From the IMG/VR virus record IMGVR_UViG_2061766007_000189: a stretch of 47,981 nucleotides of DNA; one strand, given 5' to 3'. The translations under genes were made by a program, and so were the position numbers. Numbering within the stretch: the first letter of the stretch is position 1; the number at the start of each line of letters is the position of its first letter. The notes below the pieces were generated by a model. That model was not told the origin of the DNA and made no database searches. It saw only the letters and a list, made by a program, of their open reading frames with translations. Of the stretch, positions 19,960 to 30,143 are shown piece after piece. This DNA comes from an uncultured virus (IMG/VR IMGVR_UViG_2061766007_000189). Its lineage: Duplodnaviria; Heunggongvirae; Uroviricota; Caudoviricetes.

Positions 19960-22784
19960 TAAGTTGTCGCCACCTTTTCACGGAAAATTTCGCTGTACAA
20001 CTCTCTGCCAAGTTTTTGAACATCATCTTGAGTGTTATTATAAAAGTTTTCGATATGCAGTTCAAGAATATTGCCACCGAGTTTCGGTTGTGTAAGTACA
20101 GGTTTACTCACAATATCGGTATTTACATCAAAGCTTGTCGGGAGTGCTTTTTGCATGTCTTCCGCAACATTCTCTGTTGCCTTTTGGATTAAACCTCTGT
20201 TTTTTTCAATGCCCTCAGCAAGGTTTGACATAAAATCCGGCATCCACTCGTTGGATTTTGCAAGCGGACCTTTTTCAGGCAGACTAAAGTGCAAAAAGTC
20301 ACTTATGCCGCCAGCTATTTCTTCGACTTTCTCGATGATATTATTTTTCATTCCACTTATTCCGTCTATGAAATTTTGTATCATATCAGAACCCCAGTTT
20401 TTTGCATTATCGACAATTTTTTCAAAAGCTGTCGTAATCAGTTCTTTTGATTCATCGATCCAACTTTTTATACCAAGTAGCTTGTCTGACCAAAAGGTTA
20501 CAATACCATTCCACCAATCAGAAACACTTGTTTTCATTGCTTCCAGCGGCTGAGTAAATTCTTTATCAACCCACTTATCGAATCGTCTTTTTTGAAGAGC
20601 GAGCCACTCCCCAAAATTTTCACCTACCGGATCCCAAATTCGTCTCCATTCGTGCCACAATAATTTCGCTGTTGTTTCACGTTTCAACCTCATGATTTTG
20701 GGTAAAAATTTCAAAAATATATCAATGACAGTATCAGCTATAAGCTCGAATTGTTCTTCGTGAGAGTGCAAAAAAGTATCAATAGTAGAAATGAATTGGT
20801 CGATTATAGTTGCTATCTTTTCCACATTTTCTTCATCGCCTATGAAATCAACAATGCTCGTTAAAACATCATTTGCTAATTTTAATGCAAATGTTAAAAG
20901 TTGAGGAACAATCTCCGCACTTGAATCAAGCAAAGCCTGTGCTAACTCCTCGATAAAAGCTAAAACATTATCAACCGTTTCTGTTAAACCATCGCTCGTA
21001 AGCCATTCTCTTACTTTATCGGGAATTTCTTCCAGTATTTCGAGAATTTTTTCTGAAAGTATGCTATAAACTGTTTCTCTTTTAAGCAGAAACAAGTCGT
21101 CTATAAATTGTATCGCAAGATCAAACAAAGTTGAAAAAATAATATAAATTTTATCTTGATTTTTATCGAAAAAAGTTTCAAGCTGTTCAATTAAATGTGA
21201 TATCGTTTCTTCAATCGTTTCTATATTCTTTTCATCGCTCAAAAACTCCGCGAAATTTGTTATTATTTGTTCAGAAAAATATAACAAATGTCCTAAAAGT
21301 TGAGGTAACAATTTACTTCCGCCCTCAAACAAAGCTGTACCGACTTTATCAGCAAATATGACAATCCCGTCTATAAATTTGTTAATAGTAGTAGCATTTT
21401 CAAAAATCGTATCTACACCTTTTTTGATTAACTTAGCCGCTGTGCCGCCTAACCTTGTAAACGCCGCTATAAAATTACCGTTTGTAATTTCGGCGGCAAC
21501 GTTCGATAACCCCTCGGAAAGCATTTTTACAAAATCTTTTGTCATAGGTGCAATTTTTTCATACAGTTCCGTTTGCAAGCGTGAAAAAGCCGATTGTAAA
21601 AGAGTAATTTGTCCGGGCAATGTATCAAGCTGAATTTCAGCCATCGCTTTAGCCGCGCCCTCGGAATCTTTGATTTTTTCTCCAAGTTCTTCCCACCTCT
21701 CAGCGGAGGTCTCTAATAATGCGTTTGCTCCTGCAAGTGAATATTGACCGAAAATATCGCTAATAGCTTTTGTTCTTTCTTTGTCTGTAAGCCTGCTCAT
21801 AGCATTGTCTAAATCAAGGAAAATAGACGGCAAATCGCGCAGATTGTCCTGAGCATCATAAACAGATACTCCCAATTTGTCAAGCTGTTCTTTTGCTTTA
21901 CCCTCCGCCGTTGTTAAATTGGTAAGCACTCGGCGCAACATATTACCACTCTCGGAAGCCTTAATGCCGTTATCAGCCAAGACACCTAAAACTGTATTCA
22001 GCTCCGTAAATCCGCCTTTAACTTGCCTGCCTGTTGCACCAATTGAAAGAATAGCGTCACCAAGCTGAGATACACTTGTGTTTGAAGATGAAGCCGTTTT
22101 TGCCATTTGGTCAATAAAAGCGGTCATATCCTTCATTTCAATTCCTAAAGCAGTCTGACTATCCGTCACCATATCGGAGGCAGTACCTAAGTCCATAGCA
22201 CCTGCGGTAGCAAGATTAAGTACTTTCGGCAACATTTCAGCGGAAGTCTGAGCATTGTATCCGGCAAGAGCCATGTAATTTAATGCTTCGCCTGCCTGTG
22301 TAGCTGTAAACGTAGTTTCAGCGCCCATTTTTTTTGCAAACTCTCGCAAAGTGCCGTTAAATCCGTCAACAGATACTCTCGTTGCGTCCATATCGTCACG
22401 AGTTTTCAAAAGGGTCGCGCCTACCTGTCCCATTGCGGTATCAAAACTCATACCCTCTTGCATAAATCCTTGAACAAACTCCGCCCCTGCACTTGCCATT
22501 TGCATAAAACCGTCAGCGACCACTGAAACAACATTATCAACCGTTCCCATGATTGTATCATCAAGAGATTTTACCGTGTTTGCTGTCTGAGTAACAATAT
22601 TGGCAGTTGTAGAAATGACTTTATCACTGATTCCTACGATAGCACTATCGACTTTTTTTACAGTGTTTATGGCGGACATAACCTGTCCGCCAAAATTTGA
22701 AAGTACTTTTTCGGCAGCAGAAAGTCCTGAGAAAAAATCATCAGCTTTCAAACTCAAACTCGCAAATAACTCAAATACATTCAT
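19959..22784 (-). CDS. Tape measure protein (TP901-type core)
   Basis: T.FTATQAGEALNYMALAG, LADNGIKASESG..LR, LHFS.P..GPL; long helical ORF. Confidence 0.95.
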   Translation of the reverse strand: MNVFELFASLSLKADDFFSGLSAAEKVLSNFGGQVMSAINTVKKVDSAIVGISDKVISTTANIVTQTANTVKSLDDTIMGTVDNVVSVVADGFMQMASAGAEFVQGFMQEGMSFDTAMGQVGATLLKTRDDMDATRVSVDGFNGTLREFAKKMGAETTFTATQAGEALNYMALAGYNAQTSAEMLPKVLNLATAGAMDLGTASDMVTDSQTALGIEMKDMTAFIDQMAKTASSSNTSVSQLGDAILSIGATGRQVKGGFTELNTVLGVLADNGIKASESGNMLRRVLTNLTTAEGKAKEQLDKLGVSVYDAQDNLRDLPSIFLDLDNAMSRLTDKERTKAISDIFGQYSLAGANALLETSAERWEELGEKIKDSEGAAKAMAEIQLDTLPGQITLLQSAFSRLQTELYEKIAPMTKDFVKMLSEGLSNVAAEITNGNFIAAFTRLGGTAAKLIKKGVDTIFENATTINKFIDGIVIFADKVGTALFEGGSKLLPQLLGHLLYFSEQIITNFAEFLSDEKNIETIEETISHLIEQLETFFDKNQDKIYIIFSTLFDLAIQFIDDLFLLKRETVYSILSEKILEILEEIPDKVREWLTSDGLTETVDNVLAFIEELAQALLDSSAEIVPQLLTFALKLANDVLTSIVDFIGDEENVEKIATIIDQFISTIDTFLHSHEEQFELIADTVIDIFLKFLPKIMRLKRETTAKLLWHEWRRIWDPVGENFGEWLALQKRRFDKWVDKEFTQPLEAMKTSVSDWWNGIVTFWSDKLLGIKSWIDESKELITTAFEKIVDNAKNWGSDMIQNFIDGISGMKNNIIEKVEEIAGGISDFLHFSLPEKGPLAKSNEWMPDFMSNLAEGIEKNRGLIQKATENVAEDMQKALPTSFDVNTDIVSKPVLTQPKLGGNILELHIENFYNNTQDDVQKLGRELYSEIFREKVATT

Positions 22785-23106
22785 CTTGCTCACCTCCCAG
22801 CTTTGACATTTTTTCTTTAAGAGCCGAAATGATTTCTTGTGCTTCTCTGCTGTTTTCCTCGGTTTTATCAGGGTAAAACAGTTCTTTAAAGCTCACCTTG
22901 ATTTGTGAACCGCCTGCAAAATTAGCGGTATTGTTTGTAATCGCCTGTAAGCAGTCCGTTACATAAATTTTATACAGCCTGTCTTTTGAATGCTTTATGT
23001 ATCGGCTTTCGTAATATCGTACGAAAGTTCTAAGATTGTTTCCTCTGTATTCTCCGTAGCAGAGCCAGAAGACTTGTCCTCCGTCTTCTGAGCCGAGAAG
23101 AAAAAA
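22771..23106 (-). CDS. -1 frameshift extension of the tail assembly chaperone
   Basis: T TTT TTC slippery heptamer at 23106-23100; -1 frame open for about 110 codons to the tape measure start. Confidence 0.8.
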   Translation of the reverse strand, partial: FFLLGSEDGGQVFWLCYGEYRGNNLRTFVRYYESRYIKHSKDRLYKIYVTDCLQAITNNTANFAGGSQIKVSFKELFYPDKTEENSREAQEIISALKEKMSKLGGEQDECI

Positions 23107-23477
23107 AGTTTAATGCCGTCCGTACCTATTTCTTTTAGCATTTCTTTTAGTTGTCCGATAATCTCGAACGGATTCAAGTCAAGTTCCTCGGCTGTTGTGC
23201 CGTTCATAATTGCAAGAATGCTCGCTGTTTCGTTTTTGTATCGAGTACACATAATTCTTACAACTGCACCGTACCCAAACAGATTTCGGAGGTTTCCCCA
23301 GATGTGTGAAAAATCAAAGTCTTCTTTAATATCTCTTTGCGCGGCTTCTTTGCTTCTTTCGAACTCCGACAACAGAATATCTCTTATTTCATTGTCCGAA
23401 AAAATCTTTTCTGCGTACTCTTCGATTTCTGCGATAAAATCAAAAGAGGACATTCCCTTAATGTCTGAAATTTGCAT
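22995..23477 (-). CDS. Tail assembly chaperone
   Basis: Lies between the major tail and tape measure genes; carries the slippery site. Confidence 0.8.
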   Translation of the reverse strand: MQISDIKGMSSFDFIAEIEEYAEKIFSDNEIRDILLSEFERSKEAAQRDIKEDFDFSHIWGNLRNLFGYGAVVRIMCTRYKNETASILAIMNGTTAEELDLNPFEIIGQLKEMLKEIGTDGIKLFFFSAQKTEDKSSGSATENTEETILELSYDITKADT

Positions 23478-23480
23478 TGA

Positions 23481-24188
23481 TTAATCCTCCGTTTCGATAA
23501 CCATATACTCAACAGGGACAACGTCCTGAGCAGTAATTGACGAGTGTCCGGTAATTGTAAGTGATGTTTGTCCTTTGCTGTTTTTAGAAGACTGGAAACT
23601 AAATCCGCCTGTCGACAGAGCGTTCAAAATTTTTACAACAGCTAAACTGCCATTCGGGAGATCGCCAACCCACCAAATAGACTTAAAATCCGACTGTTTA
23701 AGACTTCTTCTCGGTGCGATTTTGCCTGCTGATGTCAACTCGTAATAATTGCTTGTTGAAGGATTACCTGTTGGAGATGATACCGCTGTGTAAACGTAAT
23801 TTGGAGATGTACCGCTCCTTGTATAGTATGTCTTTCCGCTTTGTATCGTTGTATCGGAAGACACTGCATAAGTTGCGCCGCTTGATTCGGCTGCACCCAA
23901 CGAGAATTGCACGAAATCAGGTGACATATTGAGTGCCGTTGTACTTAGTGATACCGCCCAACCGTCAAGATGTTTCAATTCCTTCGTATTTTCGAGGCAG
24001 TTGTCAACATCAGAACCCATATCGCTGTATGTCGGAGTAACATCAATTTTAATGCCGCCTGTTGTTGCTGTGATGATGTCGCTGTCATTAATTGTTGGGT
24101 TTTCAGGAACAAAGTTGTAGAGCAATGCGCCTGCATCTAATTCAAGATTCTCAAATGTGTTCTGAGGAATCACTGTTGCTCTTCCCAT
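23481..24188 (-). CDS. Major tail protein
   Basis: Position; ATTGGI....P.YSD.G.DVDNC, NALSTGGF. Confidence 0.8.
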   Translation of the reverse strand: MGRATVIPQNTFENLELDAGALLYNFVPENPTINDSDIITATTGGIKIDVTPTYSDMGSDVDNCLENTKELKHLDGWAVSLSTTALNMSPDFVQFSLGAAESSGATYAVSSDTTIQSGKTYYTRSGTSPNYVYTAVSSPTGNPSTSNYYELTSAGKIAPRRSLKQSDFKSIWWVGDLPNGSLAVVKILNALSTGGFSFQSSKNSKGQTSLTITGHSSITAQDVVPVEYMVIETED

Positions 24189-24204
24189 GAATAAACACTT
24201 CCTT

Positions 24205-24570
24205 TCATTGTGTTAAAAATTCACCATAAATAGTAATATATTTTGCTTTTACATTGTCAACTCCACTTGATTGGTCTTGCGCGAAAATACCGTTTTTAAA
24301 AATCCACAAATAGCCGCCGTCAATTTTGATTAAAACGGGATTATGTTCGACAATGTAGTTATAAATTTCCTCTGTTTTTCTGCTTAAATCAGCCAGCGAC
24401 GTGCTTTTATACCATATAGACGCACTAAGTGGTATTAAGTCATCAAGCGAGCCGATAGCGGTTTCATAGGTGATGTATGGAAAAGCAGCGTCATCGGGAA
24501 CGGAATAGCGGTTGTAAGCTGGAACCCCAAAAGAACTCCAAAAACTGTGAATAGATTGAAATTTATCCAA
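24205..24570 (-). CDS. Tail terminator-like protein
   Basis: VPDDAAFPYITY; upstream of the major tail gene. Confidence 0.7.
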   Translation of the reverse strand: MDKFQSIHSFWSSFGVPAYNRYSVPDDAAFPYITYETAIGSLDDLIPLSASIWYKSTSLADLSRKTEEIYNYIVEHNPVLIKIDGGYLWIFKNGIFAQDQSSGVDNVKAKYITIYGEFLTQ

Positions 24571-24904
24571 GAGCTCCTGCCTCCTCCCATGCTTTATAAA
24601 TCTTCTCACCCTGAATAGCTATCCAGTCTACCATTTCTTCATTGCAAGCCCAAGCATTTTCAGAATAAGAAGAATTTTGAGCTAAGCCGCTTTCGTACAA
24701 AAAAGCGTGTACAATTTCGTGACGCAGCACTTTTCTGAAATACGTTTTATAATCGTGAATATTTCCGTTTTCCTCATTGCACACAACGATTAATTTTGAA
24801 TAAAAGTCACAATATCCGTCAACTTTTTCAAGTCGTTCATCATCTTTTGAAGTAAGATATTGAATTTCATAGTCTGTACCTAAAATATTAACCTTATCCA
24901 CCAT
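24563..24904 (-). CDS. Small HExxH-motif protein
   Basis: KVLRHEIVHAFLYESGL...NEEMVDWIA. Confidence 0.7.
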   Translation of the reverse strand: MVDKVNILGTDYEIQYLTSKDDERLEKVDGYCDFYSKLIVVCNEENGNIHDYKTYFRKVLRHEIVHAFLYESGLAQNSSYSENAWACNEEMVDWIAIQGEKIYKAWEEAGALG

Positions 24905-25265
24905 TAACATCTCCAGTGATTGTGTAATCCTCGGCGGTAAACAAAGCCATATCAATTTTTGCGGATCCAGGGACTTTTTTTCTTTCAGAAGTCACTCGGA
25001 AGGTTCGTCCGTCACTCTTTCTTCTGAACACTGTCAAAGGCGCTAAGTTGATATTTTTCCTTGTAGTCACCGTGTAAACACTTGTCACACCGAGCTTTTC
25101 GCCAATCCTTGTTTGAATAGTGGTGTCTTCTTGCAAATCCGCCTTAAAAGGCGCGCCCTGCGTCCAAGCTGTAACCGGGCTCCCGTAACTGTCTATTACA
25201 GAAATTTTATCCATAATATTAAAAGTGTCGCCGCCGTCTATATATTCGCTTAATAAATCGTTCAT
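24894..25265 (-). CDS. Head closure-like protein
   Basis: Position; D.YG....W..G..F.A, DGRTFRVTS. Confidence 0.65.
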   Translation of the reverse strand: MNDLLSEYIDGGDTFNIMDKISVIDSYGSPVTAWTQGAPFKADLQEDTTIQTRIGEKLGVTSVYTVTTRKNINLAPLTVFRRKSDGRTFRVTSERKKVPGSAKIDMALFTAEDYTITGDVNGG

Positions 25266-25699
25266 AGCTTTCTAAACCTGCTCAACTCCTTTCTAAAAAC
25301 ACCTTGCCATGTTTGCTGTACTATCTCACCTTTAGAATTTGTGGCGATATGCTGAGATCTACTGTAATGATGAAACGTTTCGCTTGTATATGGGCTATAG
25401 TTAGCCGCGCTGTTCCCGTATTGTGCGTCCCACTCCTGGATTTTTTCAAAAAGAGCAATAGCCGCAGGAGGAACAGCCATTGCCCAAATAGCACCCTCGA
25501 ATGTTTCGTCTGTCAAATCACTCACAGGGTACTGGTGAACTCCGTCATTAAAAACACTGCCCACAATGCGTAAATACTGATTGTTGCGCAGATATCCGTT
25601 AGGAACGATTATTTCTCCGTTAGATATTGTGAACGTGCCAAAAATCCTATCGACATCAAACCAGTTGTGTAATTCTTCGCAAAAATCAGTAATCGTCAC
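25262..25699 (-). CDS. Head-tail connector/adaptor
   Basis: Follows the capsid gene; I.GSVFNDGVH, SPY.SE.F..YS. Confidence 0.7.
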   Translation of the reverse strand: MTITDFCEELHNWFDVDRIFGTFTISNGEIIVPNGYLRNNQYLRIVGSVFNDGVHQYPVSDLTDETFEGAIWAMAVPPAAIALFEKIQEWDAQYGNSAANYSPYTSETFHHYSRSQHIATNSKGEIVQQTWQGVFRKELSRFRKL

Positions 25700-25715
25700 T
25701 GTAGATCCTCCTTTA

Positions 25716-26888
25716 TTATGCGTGTGCTGTTACAGTTGCGCTGCCTGCTGCCTGAGCTCTATTATTAGCGTCAACGGACGCAATTGTAATTTTCTTACCT
25801 GTCGCTGCTGTAATGTCGCTTGTGCCATCCCACGTTTTCCAGCCTGTTGTCAGTTTCTGACCGTATTTAACGGTTGGAGCTGTTGTATCGGCTATTTTAT
25901 ATTTGTACGTTTCGTCTGCGGGCTGAGAATAACCGCTCACGGTGATCGCTGTATCTCCGCTTGCTGTGCCTGCCGAGGAAGAAACGCTAATCGTACCAAG
26001 TGTAGGTGTGCTGTCAATTTCTGCAACAACAACACCGGCAGCCATTTCAACAAGAAACTGAATGCCCGAGGCTGCTATTCTTTCAACGACAAGACGGTTT
26101 GTGGTAGTGTCGGTAGTCGTGCCGATATAGCCTGTCTCGTCTGTCGTCAAATTAAACTCGTTTGCCATCTCGCCGTTCATCGGGATGTAATACATAATGA
26201 TGTTTTCTTTTGCTGTCGAGTAAATTTCGTTGTACGGAATCAAGCTTGACAAAATCACCGTACCCATACCAAGAAAATCCTCAACATACCTCAATCCGAA
26301 CGCTGTCTGAGTGGTTATTGTTGCAGACTCGAGATAAGGGACGATTGTTAACGGATTAATAAAATGAACGACCTGTACAGTGTCGTTTTCAAACAATACC
26401 TGCAACTGCCCCCAAGTTTTAGCTAAAGCACCTTGAAGTCCTGTCGCCGCAACAACGGTCGTGTCAAAAGAAGTCAAGTGTTCAATAAAGCTTGCGCGAA
26501 TGCCCTTTTGAACGTCCTCAAGCATTTTCTTGTCAATCTCAACAATAGCCTCAGCTCTGCCGCTCTTCTGGATAGCCTCCGCCGATTTCTGATTTCGCCA
26601 CTTTTTCAGCGTGATTTCGCCGATTTTCGTTTTGTTGCGCTGATACTGTGACAGTGGGATAAGTTCGCCTTCTCCGACTGTGCCGTCCTGCAACGTTCCG
26701 GTTGTTGTATATAGATACAGTTCTGTTCCTGCCGCCTGTGGTATTTTCCTTGTGACACCAAGCATTTCAATAAATTTCCGCAAATTGAAGCTTGAAAAAC
26801 GCTGAACAAAGTCAACCTCTCGCGCTTTAACCATCTGCTGTGTGGTTATGATATTAGTTTCTGCTGCCGTTGTAATGTTTGTAGGCAT
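25716..26888 (-). CDS. Major capsid protein with C-terminal Ig-like appendage
   Basis: Follows the scaffold gene; VGEGELIPLS, FINPL, T.FG..Y..DFLG; T/S/A-rich C-terminal domain. Confidence 0.85.
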   Translation of the reverse strand: MPTNITTAAETNIITTQQMVKAREVDFVQRFSSFNLRKFIEMLGVTRKIPQAAGTELYLYTTTGTLQDGTVGEGELIPLSQYQRNKTKIGEITLKKWRNQKSAEAIQKSGRAEAIVEIDKKMLEDVQKGIRASFIEHLTSFDTTVVAATGLQGALAKTWGQLQVLFENDTVQVVHFINPLTIVPYLESATITTQTAFGLRYVEDFLGMGTVILSSLIPYNEIYSTAKENIIMYYIPMNGEMANEFNLTTDETGYIGTTTDTTTNRLVVERIAASGIQFLVEMAAGVVVAEIDSTPTLGTISVSSSAGTASGDTAITVSGYSQPADETYKYKIADTTAPTVKYGQKLTTGWKTWDGTSDITAATGKKITIASVDANNRAQAAGSATVTAHA

Positions 26889-26899
26889 TTTTTTCACCT

Positions 26900-27499
26900 C
26901 TAAAAATTAAACAGTTCGTGATTTTCTGCGATTGCCTTCTGACGTTCGTAATCGTCTGAAATCGCAAAAATCTGCTCTTTTGTCATTTTGCCGCTGCCTG
27001 TGTTTGCTGGCGGGTTTGCTGTGGTTGCGCCTTTGATTTTTGTTGTTGCGACTAATCCTGCGAAATCGCCCTTGACAAGTTCATCCAGTGCTGCTTTATC
27101 CTTGATTTTTTCACCGTCAAGCTCAATTCCGTCAAGTTCAGATTTGCAACCACGCATAGCAATAGCAAGGTTTTTACCTGTTATGCCTTTGCTCTCAAAA
27201 TACGCTTTTACAGCTTTTTCTTTTGCTGCCTTTGTTTCTTTTGCAGAAACTTCCGATTTATAGTTTTCAAAGTCACTGTGTTCTTTTTCGTACTTAGATT
27301 TAAAATCTTCCGCTCCCGCTATTCCTGCTTTCAGGTCATTGAGTTCTTTTTCAACTTCATCGAATTTGTCTGCTTTTACTTTAGCAGTTTTCAGTTCGTC
27401 TTTAATGCCTGAAATCGTCTCTGTGTGTGCCTCAACAATAGAATTAATCTGTTCCTCGTTTAATCCTAATGCCTTTAAAAAATTTCTTGTCAGTGCCAT
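26900..27499 (-). CDS. Capsid scaffolding protein
   Basis: MALTR.FLKALGL.EEQI..IVEAH; coiled coil; RQKAIAEN.ELF. Confidence 0.85.
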   Translation of the reverse strand: MALTRNFLKALGLNEEQINSIVEAHTETISGIKDELKTAKVKADKFDEVEKELNDLKAGIAGAEDFKSKYEKEHSDFENYKSEVSAKETKAAKEKAVKAYFESKGITGKNLAIAMRGCKSELDGIELDGEKIKDKAALDELVKGDFAGLVATTKIKGATTANPPANTGSGKMTKEQIFAISDDYERQKAIAENHELFNF

Positions 27500-27575
27500 T
27501 TCCTTTAGTCACTCCTTGATTTAATTTCTTTAAAATCAATTTATAATCAACCCAAAAATCGGGAGATTTCCTATG

Positions 27576-27706
27576 TTATTCTTCTTTTAAAGTATTTTCG
27601 AGTATTTGCTTATATTCGTCCAAATGGTCAACGATTGCAGGCTTTATGTAAGGATGTGCAGGAACGTGTTTGCCGCTCCCTGCTTGAATATGCCCCATTT
27701 CAACAT
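27576..27706 (-). CDS. HK97-gp10-like gene, exon 2
   Basis: (Y)VEMGHIQAGSGKHVPAHPYIKPAIVDHLDEYKQILENTLKEE* continues GTNVEYAA in frame after splicing. Confidence 0.85.
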
Positions 27707-28651
27707 CAATTTGTTATCATAAGGGCTTTTTATCCCTTATTTCTTACAGTTTCCTATCCTGTAAGGTCGGCGTACATCATCACCTTTTTTAGGTGTCGAG
27801 CACTCTTGGAGGGATTATTGCTCCCTTAACGCTCACCCTCTACGCTCTACGGTGGCGGTTGGTCTTACCGCTTACCTCGGTATTAGCCTTTATTAAATAA
27901 TTCATCAATCCCTATAAAACCGTTCCTGCTGTATCTTGCATAAATAGTTTTATAATCGAGTTCAAAGATTTCACACCATTGCATTAATGTCTTTGTTGCA
28001 TTGCCAATCGTTATATTGATATTAGTATCACGATTGTTGCATTGCTCTTCATTATTGCTCCAACGGCAATTTTCGGGCGAATAATTTTTATTGTTGTCAA
28101 TTCTGTCAATAGTCAAATCTTCCGAATACCCGTTATTTATAGACCACTCATAAAAAGCTGAAAAATCATCTTTCCACTCTTCGCAAATTGTTATGCCTCT
28201 TCCGCCATACCTATGATACCTTGCGTTATTCTTATTATAACATCGGGCTTTCATTCCTTGCCATATGTTATATATCCTCTTCCCGCTTTGTTTATGGCTG
28301 TGATGAGCGGTCAAATTCACATTGTCTTGTTCTTTCTTCAAGCAACCACAAGATTTGATAGCCCCACACTGTAAGCTATCAGAACGGGCAATCTTTAAAT
28401 TCCCACAATCGCATTGACAAATCCAATAAGTTTTACGACTTTTTTTATCAGCCAAACCTATTACTGTTAATCTGCCGAATTTTTTACCTGTAAGGTCATT
28501 CACTCTGTTGATGTTTTTCATTTTTTCGTTTCTCCTTTATGTTCCAAATTCTATATATATTGTACCATATTCGGAGAATTTTTTCAAGCGGCTTTTACCG
28601 ATTTTGTTCGATTTTTCGATATATATTTCTATATAAAGGCGCAAGTTTTTT
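27707..28651 (-). mobile_element. Group I intron (945 nt) carrying a homing endonuclease
   Basis: 5' exon ends in U, intron ends in G; P1 GCGU/GCGC with U-G wobble; structured non-coding 3' core; removal restores YAAYVEMG. Confidence 0.85.
27883..28521 (-). CDS. Intron-encoded HNH-type endonuclease
   Basis: DLTGKKFGRLTV, CQCDCG, YGGRGI.IC.EW, TIDRIDNN.NYSPENCRW; own promoter TTGAAA-17-TACAAT at 28587-28559. Confidence 0.85.
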   Translation of the reverse strand: MKNINRVNDLTGKKFGRLTVIGLADKKSRKTYWICQCDCGNLKIARSDSLQCGAIKSCGCLKKEQDNVNLTAHHSHKQSGKRIYNIWQGMKARCYNKNNARYHRYGGRGITICEEWKDDFSAFYEWSINNGYSEDLTIDRIDNNKNYSPENCRWSNNEEQCNNRDTNINITIGNATKTLMQWCEIFELDYKTIYARYSRNGFIGIDELFNKG

Positions 28652-28880
28652 ACGCAGCATATTCAACGTTCGTCCCGACATAAACAGTATATTCGCCTTT
28701 TCCCACTGCGTGAGCGATAGAATTTCTTAACAAGCCTGTATCAACAGGGCATTTCATTTTTGCATAGCTTTCGGCTTTTAAACCAATCATTTCAAGAGCT
28801 TGTAAAATCGATTCTTCGGTGTATTTTTCAATATCTTTATTGATATTAATAGATACCGCATTTGTTCCGAGAGTTCCCAT
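28652..28880 (-). CDS. HK97-gp10-like gene, exon 1
   Basis: AK..CPVDTGLLRNSI...VYVGTNVEYAA. Confidence 0.9.
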
Positions 28881-28884
28881 TTTA

Positions 28885-29937
28885 TCACCTCTTTCGCCGC
28901 TCCTTGCTCTTTTCGGATTCTTTCCATTTGTCACGAGCCGCTTGTCGCACATCGGGGTCATCGGAGTGATAATCTTTCCAGTCTTGATACGTCATTTCTT
29001 CATCACCATCATAATCTCTTGATAGTCCGTTATGCCGTTGGCTAAGGTCTGTAACATCAATCCTTGGTGTGCCTTTAACTTGCGATATAAGAGTACAACG
29101 ACAATTCCATACTTCTTCGGGTTCTCCGTTAGGGTCCCCTGGATAATAACAGCCGTTTGAAAACTCTTCCTCTGTTTCTCTTTCCTCGCCATCTAATCGT
29201 GCGTGTGAATCTCTAACACGGCTGTCAGGGGTCGCAAGCCAAACTTTAAGGGTTTTTATTCCCATACTTTCAGCACGTCTGTAAGCGTTAATTCTGCCGC
29301 CATTCTGTGCAGATGTAGTCATTGTACGAGCGTTTCTTATCGCCGCAACTCGGTTCATATTGGTAACACGCTGTAAACGGTGTGCAATTTTATCAATGCT
29401 TTCGCCCTGTAAAACTCCCTGTGTTATAGCAGATTGTATTTTCTGCCTGTTCCAGCGTTCGTCTTTTGGAATGTCAATTCTTGCTTGCGGCAACAAATCG
29501 GGATTATCTCTGATTAGTCTTTCAACCGTTTCACGGCTGTAAAGTGTGTATGAAGTGTTTAACAGCGAGCCTCTCTCAATCTCAAACGTTCCGTAGTTGT
29601 GATTTATAGCGTAGATTTGCGGCAACTCCCTATTAATCATTTCGGCGGCTATCTCGTTTGTGTGCGTTAAATCCTCAGCTAAGGTATCACGCATTTCTTT
29701 CCACCGCTCACCAATAAGAATTTGCCCTGTTCGCCAATAGTTATATTCATCTTGCGTTATTTCACCGTTTGCAAGCTGTTGACGTTTAATCTTATCTTTA
29801 ACTGCAAATCTGCGAAAGTAATCGTTGCATTTTTCTTCAAGTTCTTCGGCGGCTTGTCTGTACTCTGCTGTTATACGCTGTTCTAAGTCTTGTAGTAGTC
29901 TTTCGGTTTCTTTGTGTGCTTCATCCATCGTTTGCAC
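28885..29937 (-). CDS. Minor head morphogenesis protein (SPP1 gp7 / Mu F family)
   Basis: K.WLAT.D.RVR.SH..LDG, PGDP.G..EEV.NCRC. Confidence 0.9.
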   Translation of the reverse strand: MQTMDEAHKETERLLQDLEQRITAEYRQAAEELEEKCNDYFRRFAVKDKIKRQQLANGEITQDEYNYWRTGQILIGERWKEMRDTLAEDLTHTNEIAAEMINRELPQIYAINHNYGTFEIERGSLLNTSYTLYSRETVERLIRDNPDLLPQARIDIPKDERWNRQKIQSAITQGVLQGESIDKIAHRLQRVTNMNRVAAIRNARTMTTSAQNGGRINAYRRAESMGIKTLKVWLATPDSRVRDSHARLDGEERETEEEFSNGCYYPGDPNGEPEEVWNCRCTLISQVKGTPRIDVTDLSQRHNGLSRDYDGDEEMTYQDWKDYHSDDPDVRQAARDKWKESEKSKERRKR

Positions 29938-29939
29938 CT

Positions 29940-30143
29940 CTAAGGGAGAGTAGAATGACTACCGTCTTTAAAAATGAATTCCACAACTTTTTCGTTACAC
30001 TTATCACATAAATGTATATCTTTGCAGTTTAGTCCGAACGCCACTAAGGAGTAATAACTAACTTTTAAAAATGGTAATTTCATAGCCTTTTCCGGGAAAT
30101 CTATTATTTCTTTTCCACATCTGTCACAAAATTCTTTTATCAT
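29940..30143 (-). CDS. Small Zn-finger hypothetical protein
   Basis: CDRC...LCDKC. Confidence 0.6.
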   Translation of the reverse strand: MIKEFCDRCGKEIIDFPEKAMKLPFLKVSYYSLVAFGLNCKDIHLCDKCNEKVVEFIFKDGSHSTLP

